Assembly (NCBI GenBank): GCA_964016885.1
Contig: OZ024743.1
Span: 122,884,001 to 122,948,000, forward strand
Source: Eledone cirrhosa
Taxonomy: Eukaryota
Reading direction: 5' to 3'
DNA: 64,000 bases
The notes below the pieces were generated by a model. That model was not told the origin of the DNA. It saw only the letters and a program-made list of their open reading frames with translations, and did not search any database. The number at the start of each line of letters is the position of its first letter. Within the stretch, counting starts at the first letter, position 1. Shown one piece after another: positions 1 through 13,772 of this stretch. Made by a program: the position numbers and the translations under genes.

Positions 1-250
<250 letters not shown>

Positions 251-1234
251 TTGAGGTATCCTTTCAATGAATCAGTTGTCTTGTTACGTGCATATGCTCG
301 ACTTAATGCGTATTTACTATACACATCCATGATCTACGGCTAGGTATATGCATCCAAATATGCACAAGTACACATTAAATTTAGAAACGTACATATTTAC
401 AGAGTACATTAATGTACACGCAATAGATAAGCGCTGTGTGTTGCATTTACGACGCAGACACACGTGCAGAGAAGAGAGAATGCTGAATGTAGAAAGACAT
501 AATATCGTGGTGGAAGTAGTGGTGGAGAAGAAATCGATACAATAATTTGAACAGAACCTAACACGCTCACTTTGAGAAGACTTGAAGGTAAAAACATCAA
601 AGAAAGCTAACGTCTTGTAAAGATATGACGAGAAAAGTGGTAGTAGTAGTGATACTGAGGGAGTAGTGAGTGAGACGAAATGAATACAGAAAGCAGAGAA
701 GGGAGGAAAGATACAAATCAAGTTGCAGAGTTAAGAGAAAGTAAGGAGGAGAAAAGGTAAAAGGAAGGCGGGGTGGGGGAGAAAGGATGACGGAACTACA
801 AAAGAGGATAAGTAGGAGTGGGAGAAAATCAGGGAAAGAGACGGTAAGAAGAATGCAGTTTGAAGAGAAAAGGTAAAAATAGTGGGGAAAAGTATGAGCT
901 GCTAGCATGGCAAAAGGGAATAACCTGCAGGCAACATACACATAGAAAAAATTATCTGAAAATAAAAATAAAAACGTAAAATATAAATAAAAGAAATCGG
1001 ATTAAAGACTTTTCATTTTGCTTTCTGCTTCAGTTTCTTTGTTTACTTTATTTTCTATTATTATATATGTATTTTTTTCCTTCTATTTAGTTCTTGTAAA
1101 AGTCGATCGAGGAATACAAATCTAGGTCATGGTAACACCGGTCGCTCTCTTCTCTGGCATACAAGCCTAATGCAGTCAGGTCGACGGTGTGTGGTGATGC
1201 CAGCCGTCACGTGCTAGCTTTCCGCCTTATCGAT

Positions 1235-1265
<31 letters not shown>

Positions 1266-1489
1266 CATGTCTGTGTATGTGGAGTGTGTGTATGTTTATG
1301 GTGTGTTGTGCTAACTTAGCGATTTTAATCTGTTCAAGGTCTCTCTACAGAAATATTGCAACGAAAGCAAATTACAAGAAAAGAAAATTGTGTTGTGGGT
1401 TAGGATGAGGAATGAGGAATATAGCAATCATGTAAGTGTTGTTATTGGTGGTAGCGGCAGCTATGATAGTCATGATGGTGGTGGTGGTG

Positions 1490-2235
1490 ATGGTGGTGGT
1501 GGTGGCGATGGTAATGGTGATGGCGGTGGTAGTATTGATGATGTTATTGGTGGTGGGGATGGCGTGGTGTTTTAATGCTAGTGGTGGTGGTGGTGACGAT
1601 GGTAATGGTGATGGCGGTGGTAGTATTGATGATGTTATTGGTGGTGGGGATGGCGTGGTGTTTTAATGCTAGTGGTGGTGGTGGTGACGATGGTAATGGT
1701 GATGGCGGTGGTAGTATTGATGATGTTATTGGTGGTGGGGATGGCGTGGTGTTTTAATGCTAGTGGTGGTGGTGGTGGTGGTGGTGGTGGTGGTGGTGGT
1801 GGTGGTGGTGACGATGGTAATGGTGATGGCGGTGGTAGTATTGATGATGTTATTGGTGGTGGGGATGGCGTGGTGTTTTAATGCTAGTGGTGGTGGTGGT
1901 GACGATGGTAATGGTGATGGCGGTGGTAGTATTGATGATGTTATTGGTGGTGGGGATGGCGTGGTGTTTTAATGCTAGTGGTGGTGGTGGTGGTGGTGGT
2001 GGTGGTGGTGGTGACGATGGTAATGGTGATGGCGGTGGTAGTATTGATGATGTTATTGGTGGTGGGGGTGGCGTGGTGTTTTAATGCTAGTGGTGGTGGT
2101 GGTGGTGGTGGTGGATGGTGGTGGTGGTGACGATGGTAATGGTGATGGCGGTGGTAGTATTGATGATGTTATTGGTGGTGCGGGTGGCCTGGTGTTTTAA
2201 TGCTAGTGGTGGTGGTGGTGGTGGTGACGATGGTG
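1490..2235. repeat. Minisatellite, about 7 units of ~91 bp, each with a variable (GGT)n tract
   Basis: Unit GATGGTAATGGTGATGGCGGTGGTAGTATTGATGATGTTATTGGTGGTGGGGATGGCGTGGTGTTTTAATGCTAGT(GGT)n recurs; TTTTAATGCTAG is seen 7 times. Confidence 0.95.
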
Positions 2236-2956
2236 GTGGTTACTGGTGTTGATATTGTTGCATGCTGCTACTACAGATATTATTGATGGCGAAGCAGGTA
2301 GCATTGACTGCGATGGTAATGAAAGTGGGTGGGGTTTGTTGCTGGAGGTTATATGTGGGGGGGGGGCTGCTTCTTGCGGTGTGACGCTGAAAATGTTGAT
2401 GGTGATAATGGCAATCCTAATAGTGGCGAGGGGGAAGCTGACGCCGCCATTTAGCAGCGGTGGGGTGGTAGTATTGTTAGTGTAGTGTTTGACAATAGAA
2501 ACAGTATCAACAGTGGTTGGTTGTAATGCTGCTGCTACTACTGGAGCAAACACTTTTTTATGATGATACCACAGATGACATTTATGATGATGATGATGAT
2601 GGTGATGGTAGCGGTGGAGGTGGAGGTGGTGGTGGTGGTGGTGGTGGTGGAAAATATTCTTGGAGATGTGGCTGTAATGATATTGATGCTGATAGCTATG
2701 AAGCCAGTAATATTAGACAGGGGCAGATGATAGTAGTGAATCTGGTGCCACGAATTATGTCTGTATTAATGTTAATGTGTTCTTAGAGGTGACGAGGTTG
2801 ACGGTGATGATGATGGTGGCGTGGCTAGGAACGAAGAGTTAACAGCGGTCACTATAAGGGTGGAAGGGGTAGTAGTATCATTGATATTATTGGAGTGATG
2901 TTTGTGGTAGTGATGATGAGGGAGATAGTGCTAATGGATTCAGAGATAGTTATGTT

Positions 2957-3137
2957 GGTGGATTGGCAGTATCGGTAGAGGGTCAGACACCATGCTTTCC
3001 AGCATAGTTACGTCCCTTTACGATCTGAGTTCAAATCCCACCGAGGTTTACTTTGCCTTTCATCCTTACGGGGTCGATAAAATAAAGTACCAGTAATGCA
3101 CTGGTTATTGCTGGCCTTGTGCCTAAAGTAGAAACAG
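2957..3137 (+). mobile_element. tRNA-derived SINE, main family
   Basis: A-box-like TGGCAGTATCGG, B-box-like GAGTTCAAATCC, core GCCTTTCATCCTTACGGGGTCGATAAAATAAAGTACCAG and tail GGCCTTGTGCCTAAAGTAGAAAC; many copies in the window. Confidence 0.9.
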
Positions 3138-3429
3138 TTATTTAACGTGGGCTCCATCTATAATATGGTTTATAGTAACGTAGTAAGAGAAATTCTGATA
3201 TAAAAGATTAAGAATAAGAGAAACAACATCAGCAGTAGTAAGAACAACAACAGTAGCAGCAAAGACTGCAGCAACTGTAGCAGTTGAGATAACTGTAGCA
3301 GTGGAAGTAATAGTTGTGACTGCAGCAGTTATTATACCAGAAGCAGCAGTAGTAAACACAAATCGTTGGGAAAAGGATAGGGGAGAAAGATGGAATGGAA
3401 TAATCAAACTTGTGTGGTAGTGGGGCTAA

Positions 3430-4060
3430 GTAGTAAAGTTGTGGTGGATACTGGAGGTGGCGGAGGCAGCAGTGGTTGCGGTGGTGGTGCTGCTGGTGGT
3501 GCTAGTGTTGGTAGTGGTGGTAACGGTGGAGGTGGTGGCGCTGGTGGTGGTAATAGTGGTTGTAGTGGTGGTGGTGTTGGTGGTGATGGTAATAGTGGTT
3601 GCAGTTGTGGTGGTGCTGGTGCTGGTGATGCTGGTGGTGCTGGTGGTGGTAATGGTGGTAATGGTGGTTGTAGTGGTGGTGATGGTAATAGTGGTTGTAG
3701 TTGTGGTGGTGTTGGTGCTGGTGGTGCAGGTGGTGGTAATGGTGGTGCAATAGCGGTTGTAGTGGTGGTGGTGGTGCTGCTGCTGCTGGTGGTGGTGGTA
3801 ATAGTGGCTGTAGTGGTGGTGGTGGTGTTGGTGCTGGAGGTGGAGGTGGTGGTGCTGGTGCTGGTAATAGTGGTTGTAGTGGTGGTGCTGCTAGTGGTAA
3901 TAATGTTTGTAGTGGTGGTGGTGCTGGTGGTGCTTGTGGTGCTGGTGGTGCTGGTAGTGCTGGTGGTGGTGGAGGTGGTGGTGCTGGTGCTGGTAATAGT
4001 CGTTGTAGTGGTGGTTGCGGAGCTGGTGGTACTAGCGTTTGCAGTGGTGGTGGTGGTGGA
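3430..4060. repeat. GGT/GCT-rich low-complexity tract
   Basis: Degenerate trinucleotide repeats; they explain the Gly/Val/Thr/Pro ORFs. Confidence 0.9.
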
Positions 4061-4814
4061 TATATATTTGATGGTAGAAGTGATGATAGTTGTGAATAAG
4101 GGAGAGGATAGCTGGAGAGTAAGAAAAAGAGCTGAAATTGTTGTTGTGGATATAAATAGTAAGGTGTTCGTGGTAGGGAAAGTGTTAATAATAGTGGTAA
4201 AGTTAAAATATCTTGAGATGGAAGTGATGAGACAGATTTTGTTGCTTGTGGAACAGAGAGTGGTAGGAGATGGATGAGGAGAAGGACATATGAAGTTGGT
4301 CGAGGTGGAAATAAGCTGATGAGGGTTGTGGTGGTGTGATGATGGGAAGCTAAATAATAATACGGATTGTGAGGGTAGTGTCATGTGAGATAATTTTAGG
4401 AAGTAGATGTTTGTGTGTGTATGTGCGTGAGTGTGTATGTGTGTGTGCGTGTGCCCGTGTATGTGTGTGTTAGTGAGATGAATTAGAAAATACCACTCGA
4501 CAATTTTATAAGCATGAAATTGAGTAGATCGCAGGTAAAATATTGACAAGTCGATGATTCAGATGAAGTTTATGTGAGTGTAGATAAAACTTAGAAAGGA
4601 AAAACTTGTTTCGAAGTTCACATAATCAGTTTTTCGTACGGGAATATGAAATAGGAAACAACTGAATAGGGAGATATATAGTAGTATATTTTGTAGTATA
4701 TTTAAAGTCTGTCATATTCACTGACTTTCTTAAAGTAATTGATCCGAAGTTTAATGAGAATAAGGTGAATTTTGAATTTTCTAATTTCTTTTAAATTCAA
4801 GATGTCTAAAGATT

Positions 4815-4935
4815 TGTGGATTTGTGGATAAAGATTGCTATTACCTCGTGTTTATGTGGATTTGTGGATAAAGATTGCTATTACCTCGTGTTTATGTGGA
4901 TTTGTGGATAAAGATTGCTATTACCTCGTGTTTAT
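4815..4935. repeat. 40-bp tandem repeat x3
   Basis: TGTGGATTTGTGGATAAAGATTGCTATTACCTCGTGTTTA repeated three times. Confidence 0.95.
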
Positions 4936-5136
4936 AGTGAAAACAACTACAACATAAATGAAATTAGATCAACGTGACCGTCTATTTCAAGTGAACAAAT
5001 GTCATTTTAATCTCTACCCACCAATATCTAAAACCTATATATATATATATATTTTTACTCCAATAATTTGTTGAGTGCTTTATATCAGTTATAAACATAT
5101 TTGCTTGTTGTGTCCCAACAATTTAAATAGAACTTC

Positions 5137-5181
<45 letters not shown>

Positions 5182-5219
5182 GATCTAGATGACCCTATGC
5201 GGTTGAAACAGATCCACAC

Positions 5220-5375
5220 TGGCGCATCCTCTGGAGAAACGCCGGGGCTGTGGGGAGGCCAGCACGTGGGACCGCATTTGCTCACCATACAGAGAGATGG
5301 GGAGGGCGACAGAGATGGAGGCGAAGACAGTGGGAGTTCGACTCTTCCTCGTGCGGACCATATCTTTGTGGTTGT
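5220..5375. repeat. Unclassified GC-richer dispersed repeat; second copy at ~8405-8586
   Basis: GGGGCTGTGGGGAGGCCAGCACGTGGGACC..CATTTGCTCACCATAC...GACAGTGGGAGTTCG is shared by both loci. Confidence 0.8.
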
Positions 5376-6018
5376 GTTTATTATGTATATAGAAAATTCA
5401 GAGGTTATAGAGCAAACGCAAGTGAGTCAGCACCACATGAAACAATTCTTCTTTACCCTATTAGCTTCTCATATGAGTGGGATATTTCGCACCTAAACAA
5501 AACAGCGCATTTGTATTGTTTAGACGGATGGCTTCTCGTTTTCTCCGTTAGTTTCTCTATGAAAGGGTCTCAAGGGGGAATGGAGGATTCGTAAGATGCA
5601 TTATACCGAAAAAGAAGAGAAGGAAAAGCAGCCTTTTCCGGCATGCCGTCGGTACCTGTCTGACAGTTGGAACTGCTTGATCAGGATCTTGAAGCTTCTG
5701 CACCTTCCACCCCTCCTTGCTTCTATTGGTAACTCCTACAGTGGGCGTCCAGGATACCGTTCTAGTACTCCGCTCACAGTAAAGGGCGAGATGTTCTTAG
5801 AAAGGGTTCCAGATGCCTGAAGAAATCCGACCGTCTGCTGTTGCTGTTGTTGTTGTGGTTGCTGCTGGCACTGACTTTTACAATTTTGCCGTTCCATTCT
5901 GTGGATGGTTGACTCTGTCCTTCAGCAGGCGTACAATCCTCGTCAGCAATCTTGCTTTTGTTTTAAACAAAAATTGAAGGGCATGTTTTATAAGCAAACC
6001 CCGGTTGATCCCCTAAGG

Positions 6019-6090
6019 ATAAACTAACCAGCTCACGAAGGGCATAAACTAACCAGCTCACGAAGGGCATAAACTAACCAGCTCACGAAG
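6019..6090. repeat. 25-bp tandem repeat x~3
   Basis: ATAAACTAACCAGCTCACGAAGGGC repeated. Confidence 0.95.
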
Positions 6091-6240
6091 ATACTGGTTA
6101 GTGTAACTACAAAACAGTAACAACATTTCAATACAATAAGTTGAATAACTGTAAAAATAGAGCAAACTTACACGATCGATGTGAACCACACCTCGAAAGA
6201 CTCAACAACATAGATAATAATAATTAAAAAAATAATAATA

Positions 6241-6356
6241 ATTGTTTCTACTTTAGGCACAATACCAGCAATTTGAAGGGAAGGGGAAAGTCGATTAAAT
6301 CGACTCCGTAAGGATGAAAGGCAAAGCTAACCTCAGCAGGATTTGAACTCAGAACG
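6241..6356 (-). mobile_element. SINE, main family, partial
   Basis: Reverse complement of the B box, core and tail. Confidence 0.85.
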
Positions 6357-6944
6357 AAAATAGAATAATAATAATAAAAGAATCCGATAATATAAGTTGT
6401 TTTTATCCAGAATATATTCTTTTTCCACCGATTAGCTATGCTATTCCTTTCGCTCAATGTGATATGAAGAGATAAATTCAATCTAATAGGCAGATAATCT
6501 CTTTTATAAGATAATTGTAAGCTATTGGTCGGATATTCTGCTTTATCCTGTTCACTTTTGTTATTCAATATCACTTTATTTAGAAGAACCTACTTAATCG
6601 TCGAAACGGAAATCTTAATATATTGTCGAAATGCTTTGGATTAGTCTCAAGTTGACGATAGTTGATCCTTATCGATGGATGTCAGCCAAACCTCACTGCC
6701 AAAGTCATTTTTTCTACTTAATATTTCTAACAACCACTGATCATGTGGCCATGTTTATGTCCCCATCGTTCAGCAAATAGTTTGCTGACTTAAAAATCTG
6801 TACGCAATTACTAGATTTTCTGGCTTGAAATAATTTAGCTTTTGGAACATCTTATTAAATGTTCGAACCATGTGTGTATTAACTCTCGATACCATTATAA
6901 TTAGGGTAGGAAGCTAATTTAGTATTTATGTACACCCTGTTTGT

Positions 6945-7212
6945 GGAGTCACGTGGCCTAGTGGTAAGGGTGTTGGACTTATGATCATAATATCGTGAGT
7001 TCGATTCCTGGGTTGCGTGTTGTGTTTTTGAGCAAAACACTTCATTTCACGTTGCTTCAGTACACTCAGCTGAAAATGAGTACCAGCTAATATTTGGGGG
7101 TTTATCCCTGCTATGGATTGGCGTCCTATCCAGGGGAGAGTCTTGTACTCTCAGTCGCTTCACGCCATGAAGCACCGGCCAAATGATCCTTCTGGATTAA
7201 TACAGACTTTAG
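6945..7212 (+). mobile_element. tRNA-derived SINE, second family, with CORE-like and V-like domains
   Basis: A box TGGCCTAGTGG, B box GAGTTCGATTCC; TTGAGCAAAACACTT...CACTCAGCTGAAAATGAGTACC resembles CORE; CCTGCTATGGATTGGCGTCCTATCCAGGGG...CAGTCGCTTCACGCC resembles the V domain (recalled consensus). Confidence 0.75.
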
Positions 7213-9064
7213 ACGTTTTAGTACATCCTATTTACGTTATAAATTTGAAGCACATTGAACATACAGTAAGCTTTAAACTTTACTTAAAATAGTCACCTAA
7301 ATATATATTGTATTTCTTCGGTGAACTGATTACTGTTCTTCAACTATATTATTAACACCTCAAAAAGGGGGTCACAATTTATTATACATTTGTAAATATT
7401 TGTGTACACCCATTTGTGTCCCATAACATTTCTCATCACACTTTCATATTTCCCACTCTTTCTTCTGTACGTAGCTATCACCCAATTCTTCGCTACCACA
7501 ACAGGGCTGAATCAATGTTTTAATTAATATTCTATCTCTTATTTCACTTTCTCTCATAATATTTCACCTCTTAATTTCGCTCACTCATCTCTTACCTTTT
7601 TTTCATTTGTTGTCTTTCCTTTCTTTCGCATTTTCTATATCTTTCCTTACAGCTTCTCAACCACTCTATCATTTTTCTTTCAGCTTCTCAATAACCTCCA
7701 GTCCATATACTTTATTTCTCTTTAACCTAAATATGAGGTTGTATTACACTTTACATTGTCACAAGTCAAGAAATTTTGGTCTGAGTGACCAATGAATTAT
7801 ATCGATCAGGACTCGAAACCGGAAAGATAAAAGGCATCAATAATGCCACGGAAGCCTTCTCACAATTACAATGTCGATTCCACTATTGTCATATCCGCTT
7901 AACCTTTGCGGCATGTTAACTTCTTTAACTACAACTTTTTGTCTCATACTATTACATTGTGCATCCAACCTACTTATTTCTCCCTCTCTCCTCCAACCTT
8001 TGCCGTCCCTTACCATATCTCTCTTTCTACTTCTGTAGAAACTTTAATTATTGATTCCTAATTTAGGTACAAAGTCAGCAAATTTAGGTACAGTGTAAAG
8101 TTGATTAACTCAACCCCAGTACTTGACTGGTACTTTATTTGAGCCAGAACAAATATCACAATGATATTTTATCAGACACTCCAATAATTCTGCCAATCCA
8201 CCACACTACGCCTTGTTAATCTATCAATATCTTCTGTAACTCAAACGAAAGATTTAGTGTTCATATTTACATATTTCCCAGTGTTAATTTTGCACATTTA
8301 TTATAATCTGCAAATGCATTTCTATCAAAATGTAGGTTTTCAGTTTCTCTAAAACTTAATATTGTTTTTTTTTTTATTAATGAGATTTTATTAATACGGA
8401 AAAGACGCATCTCCCTTACCATCCTCCGGGGAAACGCCTTCTCCATTCTGTCCGCCGGGGCTGTGGGGAGGCCAGCACGTGGGACCCCATTTGCTCACCA
8501 TACGGAGAGATGGGGAGGTAGAGAGAGAAGGAGGCGATGACAGTGGGAGTTCGGCTCTTTCACGTTCGGAACATATCCTTGTGGTTCACTAGACATAATG
8601 ACGTGGGATTGGACACTTGCAGTGGAACTTTGTACTGGTTATTGACAACATTGTTTAACTTGAATTGTTTATACTGAACATCAAGTCTGTCGACAAACAC
8701 AATGGAGCTTTGAGAGCTTCAGGAAGAAATTTTATTTGGGATGCTCAAATAAATCCAAGACCTTTTTATGTTTGGCTCTACTGAGGTGTTGTCATGACAG
8801 TGTTCAGAATACATGTGTTCGATTATAATTTCATTAAAAAAATTTGAAGTAAGTATATCTCCTTTTCATATACTTTTCTCTTCTGTTCCGTTTAGTACTA
8901 TGTTTTGTTTTATTAGATACTGCTCAATTATATTTATATAATATCAATGGCTTTCATTAAATTGTAAGACTTCCAAATATCTAGTATTTAACTGAAAAAT
9001 GGTCTTACTAGTCTAAACTGGTAACTGCCAATCTCTTTCTCTTCTCCTCTCTCTCTCTCTCCTC

Positions 9065-9137
<73 letters not shown>

Positions 9138-9209
9138 GTTATCATATACATAAAATTAAATCAAAGATATATATATGTTGCATTAAATCAAAGATATACA
9201 TATGTTTTA

Positions 9210-9269
<60 letters not shown>

Positions 9270-9702
9270 CCGCACATTTCGAAGCTTGTTTTTTCGTTAT
9301 TTCGTGGGCCGAAGTTCCGATTCTCGATAATTTATTTGTATATATATATATATATATATTAAATGTTGTCGCTTCAATGCAAATTACCAATCTCGATATT
9401 ATTAGAGTTATTTTATAGTTTGATGTAATGCATTTTGTGCTGCAATTTACGAAATTTTTGATTATGTGTTTGTTCTGCAATCAGTATAAACGTTTGATTC
9501 CTATAGTACATTTAGTGAGTGCTTTTTGTGTTTACATGGATGTAAAGTTCGTGCCTTTGTTTGTGTATGTATGACTAAAAAAACCACACCCGCACACACA
9601 CTCCCATACACGCACACACAAACATATGTATGCATGTATGCATGCTCATATGCATGTATGTATGTATGTATGTATGTATGTATGTATGTATGTATGTATG
9701 TA

Positions 9703-9763
<61 letters not shown>

Positions 9764-9837
9764 GTATATATATGTATGTATGTGTATATATATATATATA
9801 TGTGTGTATATATATATGTATGTATAGATATATTATG

Positions 9838-10445
9838 TCAGGTCACCAGTTGGTGCTACTGGTAACATGTATCCCAGTACAACCGGTCCCATGGTCGGGT
9901 CGTTGGCGGCTAAACTGGTAACCCCACCAAGGTTTCTTGGTGAGAAGGGTGACTTTGGACATCCTGCAGGACTAAAAACAAAACCTGTCAAAGGGCAAAG
10001 GAGCTCTTAAGAGTCAATGGCCATCCAAAACCACCGGGAGAGATGACCCCTTAGCCTTTGTCGAGGCAGAATTCTAGGAGAAGAAAAACTCTGATATAAC
10101 ACCTGCAACCCTGATGGTTACCAATGATGTTGACTTGTTCTTCTTTTTGGTAAATATCATCTTGGTTAAGAGAGTGGGACTGGCTTTGTGCAGTGCCTTT
10201 GCTCACTATAAAAGCTTCACGGCACAGGCATTGCTTTATATCTGGAGATCTCTCTGCACATATCGTCACATGGTACCATGGGCCCAGCACTATGTGTCAA
10301 TAATTGTCACAGGTGTAGTGTTTGTACCAGAGTTTTCAAATCGCTGGCTGGACTAAAAAGTCACACTCGTTCAGCGCATCGGTAGGGGTTCTTCTACATG
10401 GATATAAAGTAGTGGCCGTACTCGAAAACGAGTTGGCAGCCATCA
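9838..10445 (+). mobile_element. Non-autonomous retroelement (~610 bp) flanked by (TATG)n; possibly RTE-derived
   Basis: Near-identical inverted copy at 29737-30250 and a diverged copy at 25084-25306. The two close copies share the end next to (TATG)n and differ at the other end. Confidence 0.75.
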
Positions 10446-10471
10446 TGTATGTATGTATGTATGTATGTATG

Positions 10472-10502
<31 letters not shown>

Positions 10503-12184
10503 GTTATACATGTATGTTGCTCAAGGCGCTGAAATAGTAGGATATCAAACAATAAAGAAAGTATGTTTTGTTTTCAGAAATTGTTTTTGCCTAGCATGTA
10601 AAAATCTTTTTTGAATACTATTTTTGATCAGGAGGAAATACATATATTTATATTTTATAATTTTGCCAAAAAGTGTTAATGAAAATCGCACAATAAAATT
10701 GTAGGAAAACTATAACATAACATATCAAATAGATCATGTTAGATGACATTAATAGCAAGTATTCGTGTAAAACATGCGTTGCTTGGATCACGTGGACGAA
10801 GAGTTAAATATGGCGATTTTACAGTGGAATAAGCAATGTTTTCTCTTGGGATCAGCTTAGAGTTGCAGAAAGACTTAAATAAAAAAAGGCAAGAGTAAAA
10901 AGTGAGGATGCTGATGATGATGGTGATAATGATGGAGATGAGGAAGAGGAAACGGAAGAAGAAAAGAGATAAAGAAGTCGGAATTTTGGAAGAATAATTT
11001 TCACTGATTTCCTTTTGTCGCTCTATTGGAGCAGAATGTATGCAGTTGGCTAGCAATATATGAAAAGTGAGAATCACAGAATTACACCTCTTATTACATT
11101 ACCATGTAGAAATTTTACATCGAAACAAGAAATTACAATGGCCCTTTAAGTATTACTGATATAGCGAATAATTATAGTGAATGTAAGCCATGCACGCCAT
11201 CACTAACCTTTGTATACTCCAACTTTCTGAACATAACTTGATACAACGAAAGCCATGAGACATTGTTTGGAAACTTTTGTAGAAATACTTATAGTTTTAA
11301 TAGCTGATTGCTGGTTTGGGGAAATATGTTCTAATCATCTCCTCTTTCTTTGTTACTGTGACATTCTATCATTGATTGCTTTTCGTTCTTATGTTTCGTT
11401 TTGCTTAAATTGATAATCAATTTTAAGTAATGTCGTTTTTTCTTTAAAAACAGATAAATATGCCTATTTGTTTTACCACTACTCTATTTATGCTTATATA
11501 CTATTCTATTTTTATTATTTTACATTCTACCTTTCACGGGAATCAATAAATTGATTGAATGCATGTGTACGTATGTTTTTGTGTGAGTAACAGACTTTGT
11601 ATATATGCTTGCTTGTTTATATCGTCAAATATCAATATATAAATGCTGCAGAATTTTGTCTCGTAACAATTTACATATGTACAGTTACTCAAATGCAAAT
11701 AAAAGTCTGTTTTTTTTTTGTATGTATCATATGTTATCTATGTACATTGTGTATATAGTTATATATAAATATATGTATTTTTATAAACTTTACCGACGAG
11801 AATCGGTAGAATTCTAAGCATAAATGATTATCTACAAACACAATCACATGTATATACTTCTGAGAACACATGCTACTGTTTATGTAAACATGTAAATATT
11901 TAAAAACTGCTATTGCCTAAAAAATATTCTAGTTTGATGTATATTCAGAAGGTTAGATACATTTTCTCTTACATATTTATTTAAAGTTTAAATACCTTTT
12001 TATTCGAAATTGAATCAGATCAAACGCAAAAACAACGCTATTCACATACTAACAAGTAGCTGACATCTACAATTTTATGTACTGCAATATATTCATGAAA
12101 TTGAAGTGTTTGTTTTAAGAAGTATTCTGAAAATATGAATGGAATGAGGAATGTGAAATGTGCTAGTTAATAAGCCTTTTGTCT

Positions 12185-12292
<108 letters not shown>

Positions 12293-13289
12293 AAATGTGT
12301 GCGTCCCAACGCAAATGACCGTAATATCAATAGCTGATTCTCCCAACTTCTATTTATAGAGATCGATTATTGTTATTATGGTCATTTGTGTTGAGACGCA
12401 CACATTCTGATATATTTTAATATAATTGCATAAATTTCAAAAATGCACATAATTTTATCTAAGAAATTTTTTTTTTTTTTTTTGCGAGTTTTAGCGTTGA
12501 TCGTAGCATTAACGACTTTTACAAAAGAAAGACACTAGAGGAAGGTGTAATAAATTTTTCTCAATGTATTTCCTTTGGGTATGATTTAGTAAGTTTGAAA
12601 GACTTAAAGCCAGTTGTTTTGGAAAATCTGAATAAATATTATTTATTTATACGAAATAAAAAGTTTGATTTTTGCATAGATGAATTATGTTTGATTTTGA
12701 ATTATATGTATACATTTACTGCATGAATAAGTTAAAGATGTAATTAAACTGTTTGTGTAGATATGATTATCAGTATGGAACCGTTGCTATGTCTGTGTAG
12801 ATACCATTCCATTAATGTAGAATAACCGATTTCAAAATATTTTAATTTAATTATTTATTAATGCAATGTGTGAAAACCAAAATATTGATAACCGTTTTCG
12901 GAACCACAGACTCACGCATATATCCGGATATTATGTTTTATGTGTAGTATACATATTTCTGGCTTTAGGTTTCAAAGTGTCACTAGGAAACAGCACTGTT
13001 GCAAAGCCTGAATTACATTTAATTTCATAATTTTGTAACCAATACATATTTTAGTGGGTAAAGATATTTATTATATCTGTATATTTAGGTTGAGTGTATG
13101 TCTAAGGCAATGAAATGATTTGTTCTTCAAGCCTAATTTCAGAAAGACCATTCACTATATTCCGTTGCTTAGTAATATGTCCACAACATTGACAGCTTAG
13201 CCGGTGAAATGAGATCTTACTTCTAGGAATGGAACACCAATCTGTCGTAGAATTCGTAATAGCAGGATTTTAACTGCTTTTTTTTTTTT

Positions 13290-13440
13290 GCTAGAATTTG
13301 ACGAAAATGTCTCCAATTAGACAGAGCACTAAATTACCATTCCAAATACATGTTTTTTTGTTGTTGTTTTTTTTTGGCTAGAATTTGACGAAAATGTACC
13401 CAATTAGACAGAGCACTAAATTACCATTCGAAATATATGT
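13290..13440. repeat. Direct duplication, ~87-bp period
   Basis: GCTAGAATTTGACGAAAATGT..CCAATTAGACAGAGCACTAAATTACCATTC occurs twice. Confidence 0.9.
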
Positions 13441-13614
13441 CTTTTTACAAGGTCGCCAGTGACATTGTAAATTTCCTTGCTACATACACAAAATGTCGGC
13501 ACAATAAATCTTGTCACCGGTATTCCTATTGTGTATTATGAAATTCTTTAATTAATTGTTGAGATAATTTCAAAGAGATTATTGTTCAATATTGTTCAAT
13601 ATTGTATTTTAATA

Positions 13615-13772
13615 GGCGGCGAATGAGCCAACTCGTTAGAATGCCAGATAGAATACTTTGCAGTATACGTTCCGGCTTTCTGCGCTGACTTCAAATCCCG
13701 CAGCGGTCAACCTTACTTTTCATCAGTTCAAGACCAATAACAAAAAGTACCAATCCAGTAACGGGGTGAATC
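13615..13772 (+). mobile_element. Diverged SINE related to the main family
   Basis: GACTTCAAATCCCG B-box-like motif followed by a degenerate core. Confidence 0.65.

Noticed and set aside
1120-1240. Promoter-like motifs CACGTG and TATCGATA
   Set aside because: Short motifs expected by chance; no linked exon identified.
1490-2235. Regularly spaced repeats resembling a CRISPR array
   Set aside because: The spacers are (GGT)n rather than unique sequence, the context is eukaryotic, and there are no cas genes.
3390-4549. 295-aa and 381-aa ORFs (Gly/Val-rich; Thr/Pro-rich, mucin- or extensin-like)
   Set aside because: They are open on both strands because GGT/ACC repeats lack stops; no domain or splice support.
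10051-10537. ORFs conserved between 10 kb and 30 kb
   Set aside because: Conservation reflects a dispersed repeat; no recognisable protein.
10808-10972. Acidic reading frame MAIYSG...DDDGDNDGDEEEETEEEKR
   Set aside because: In-frame stop, low-complexity GAT/GAA origin and no recognisable family.
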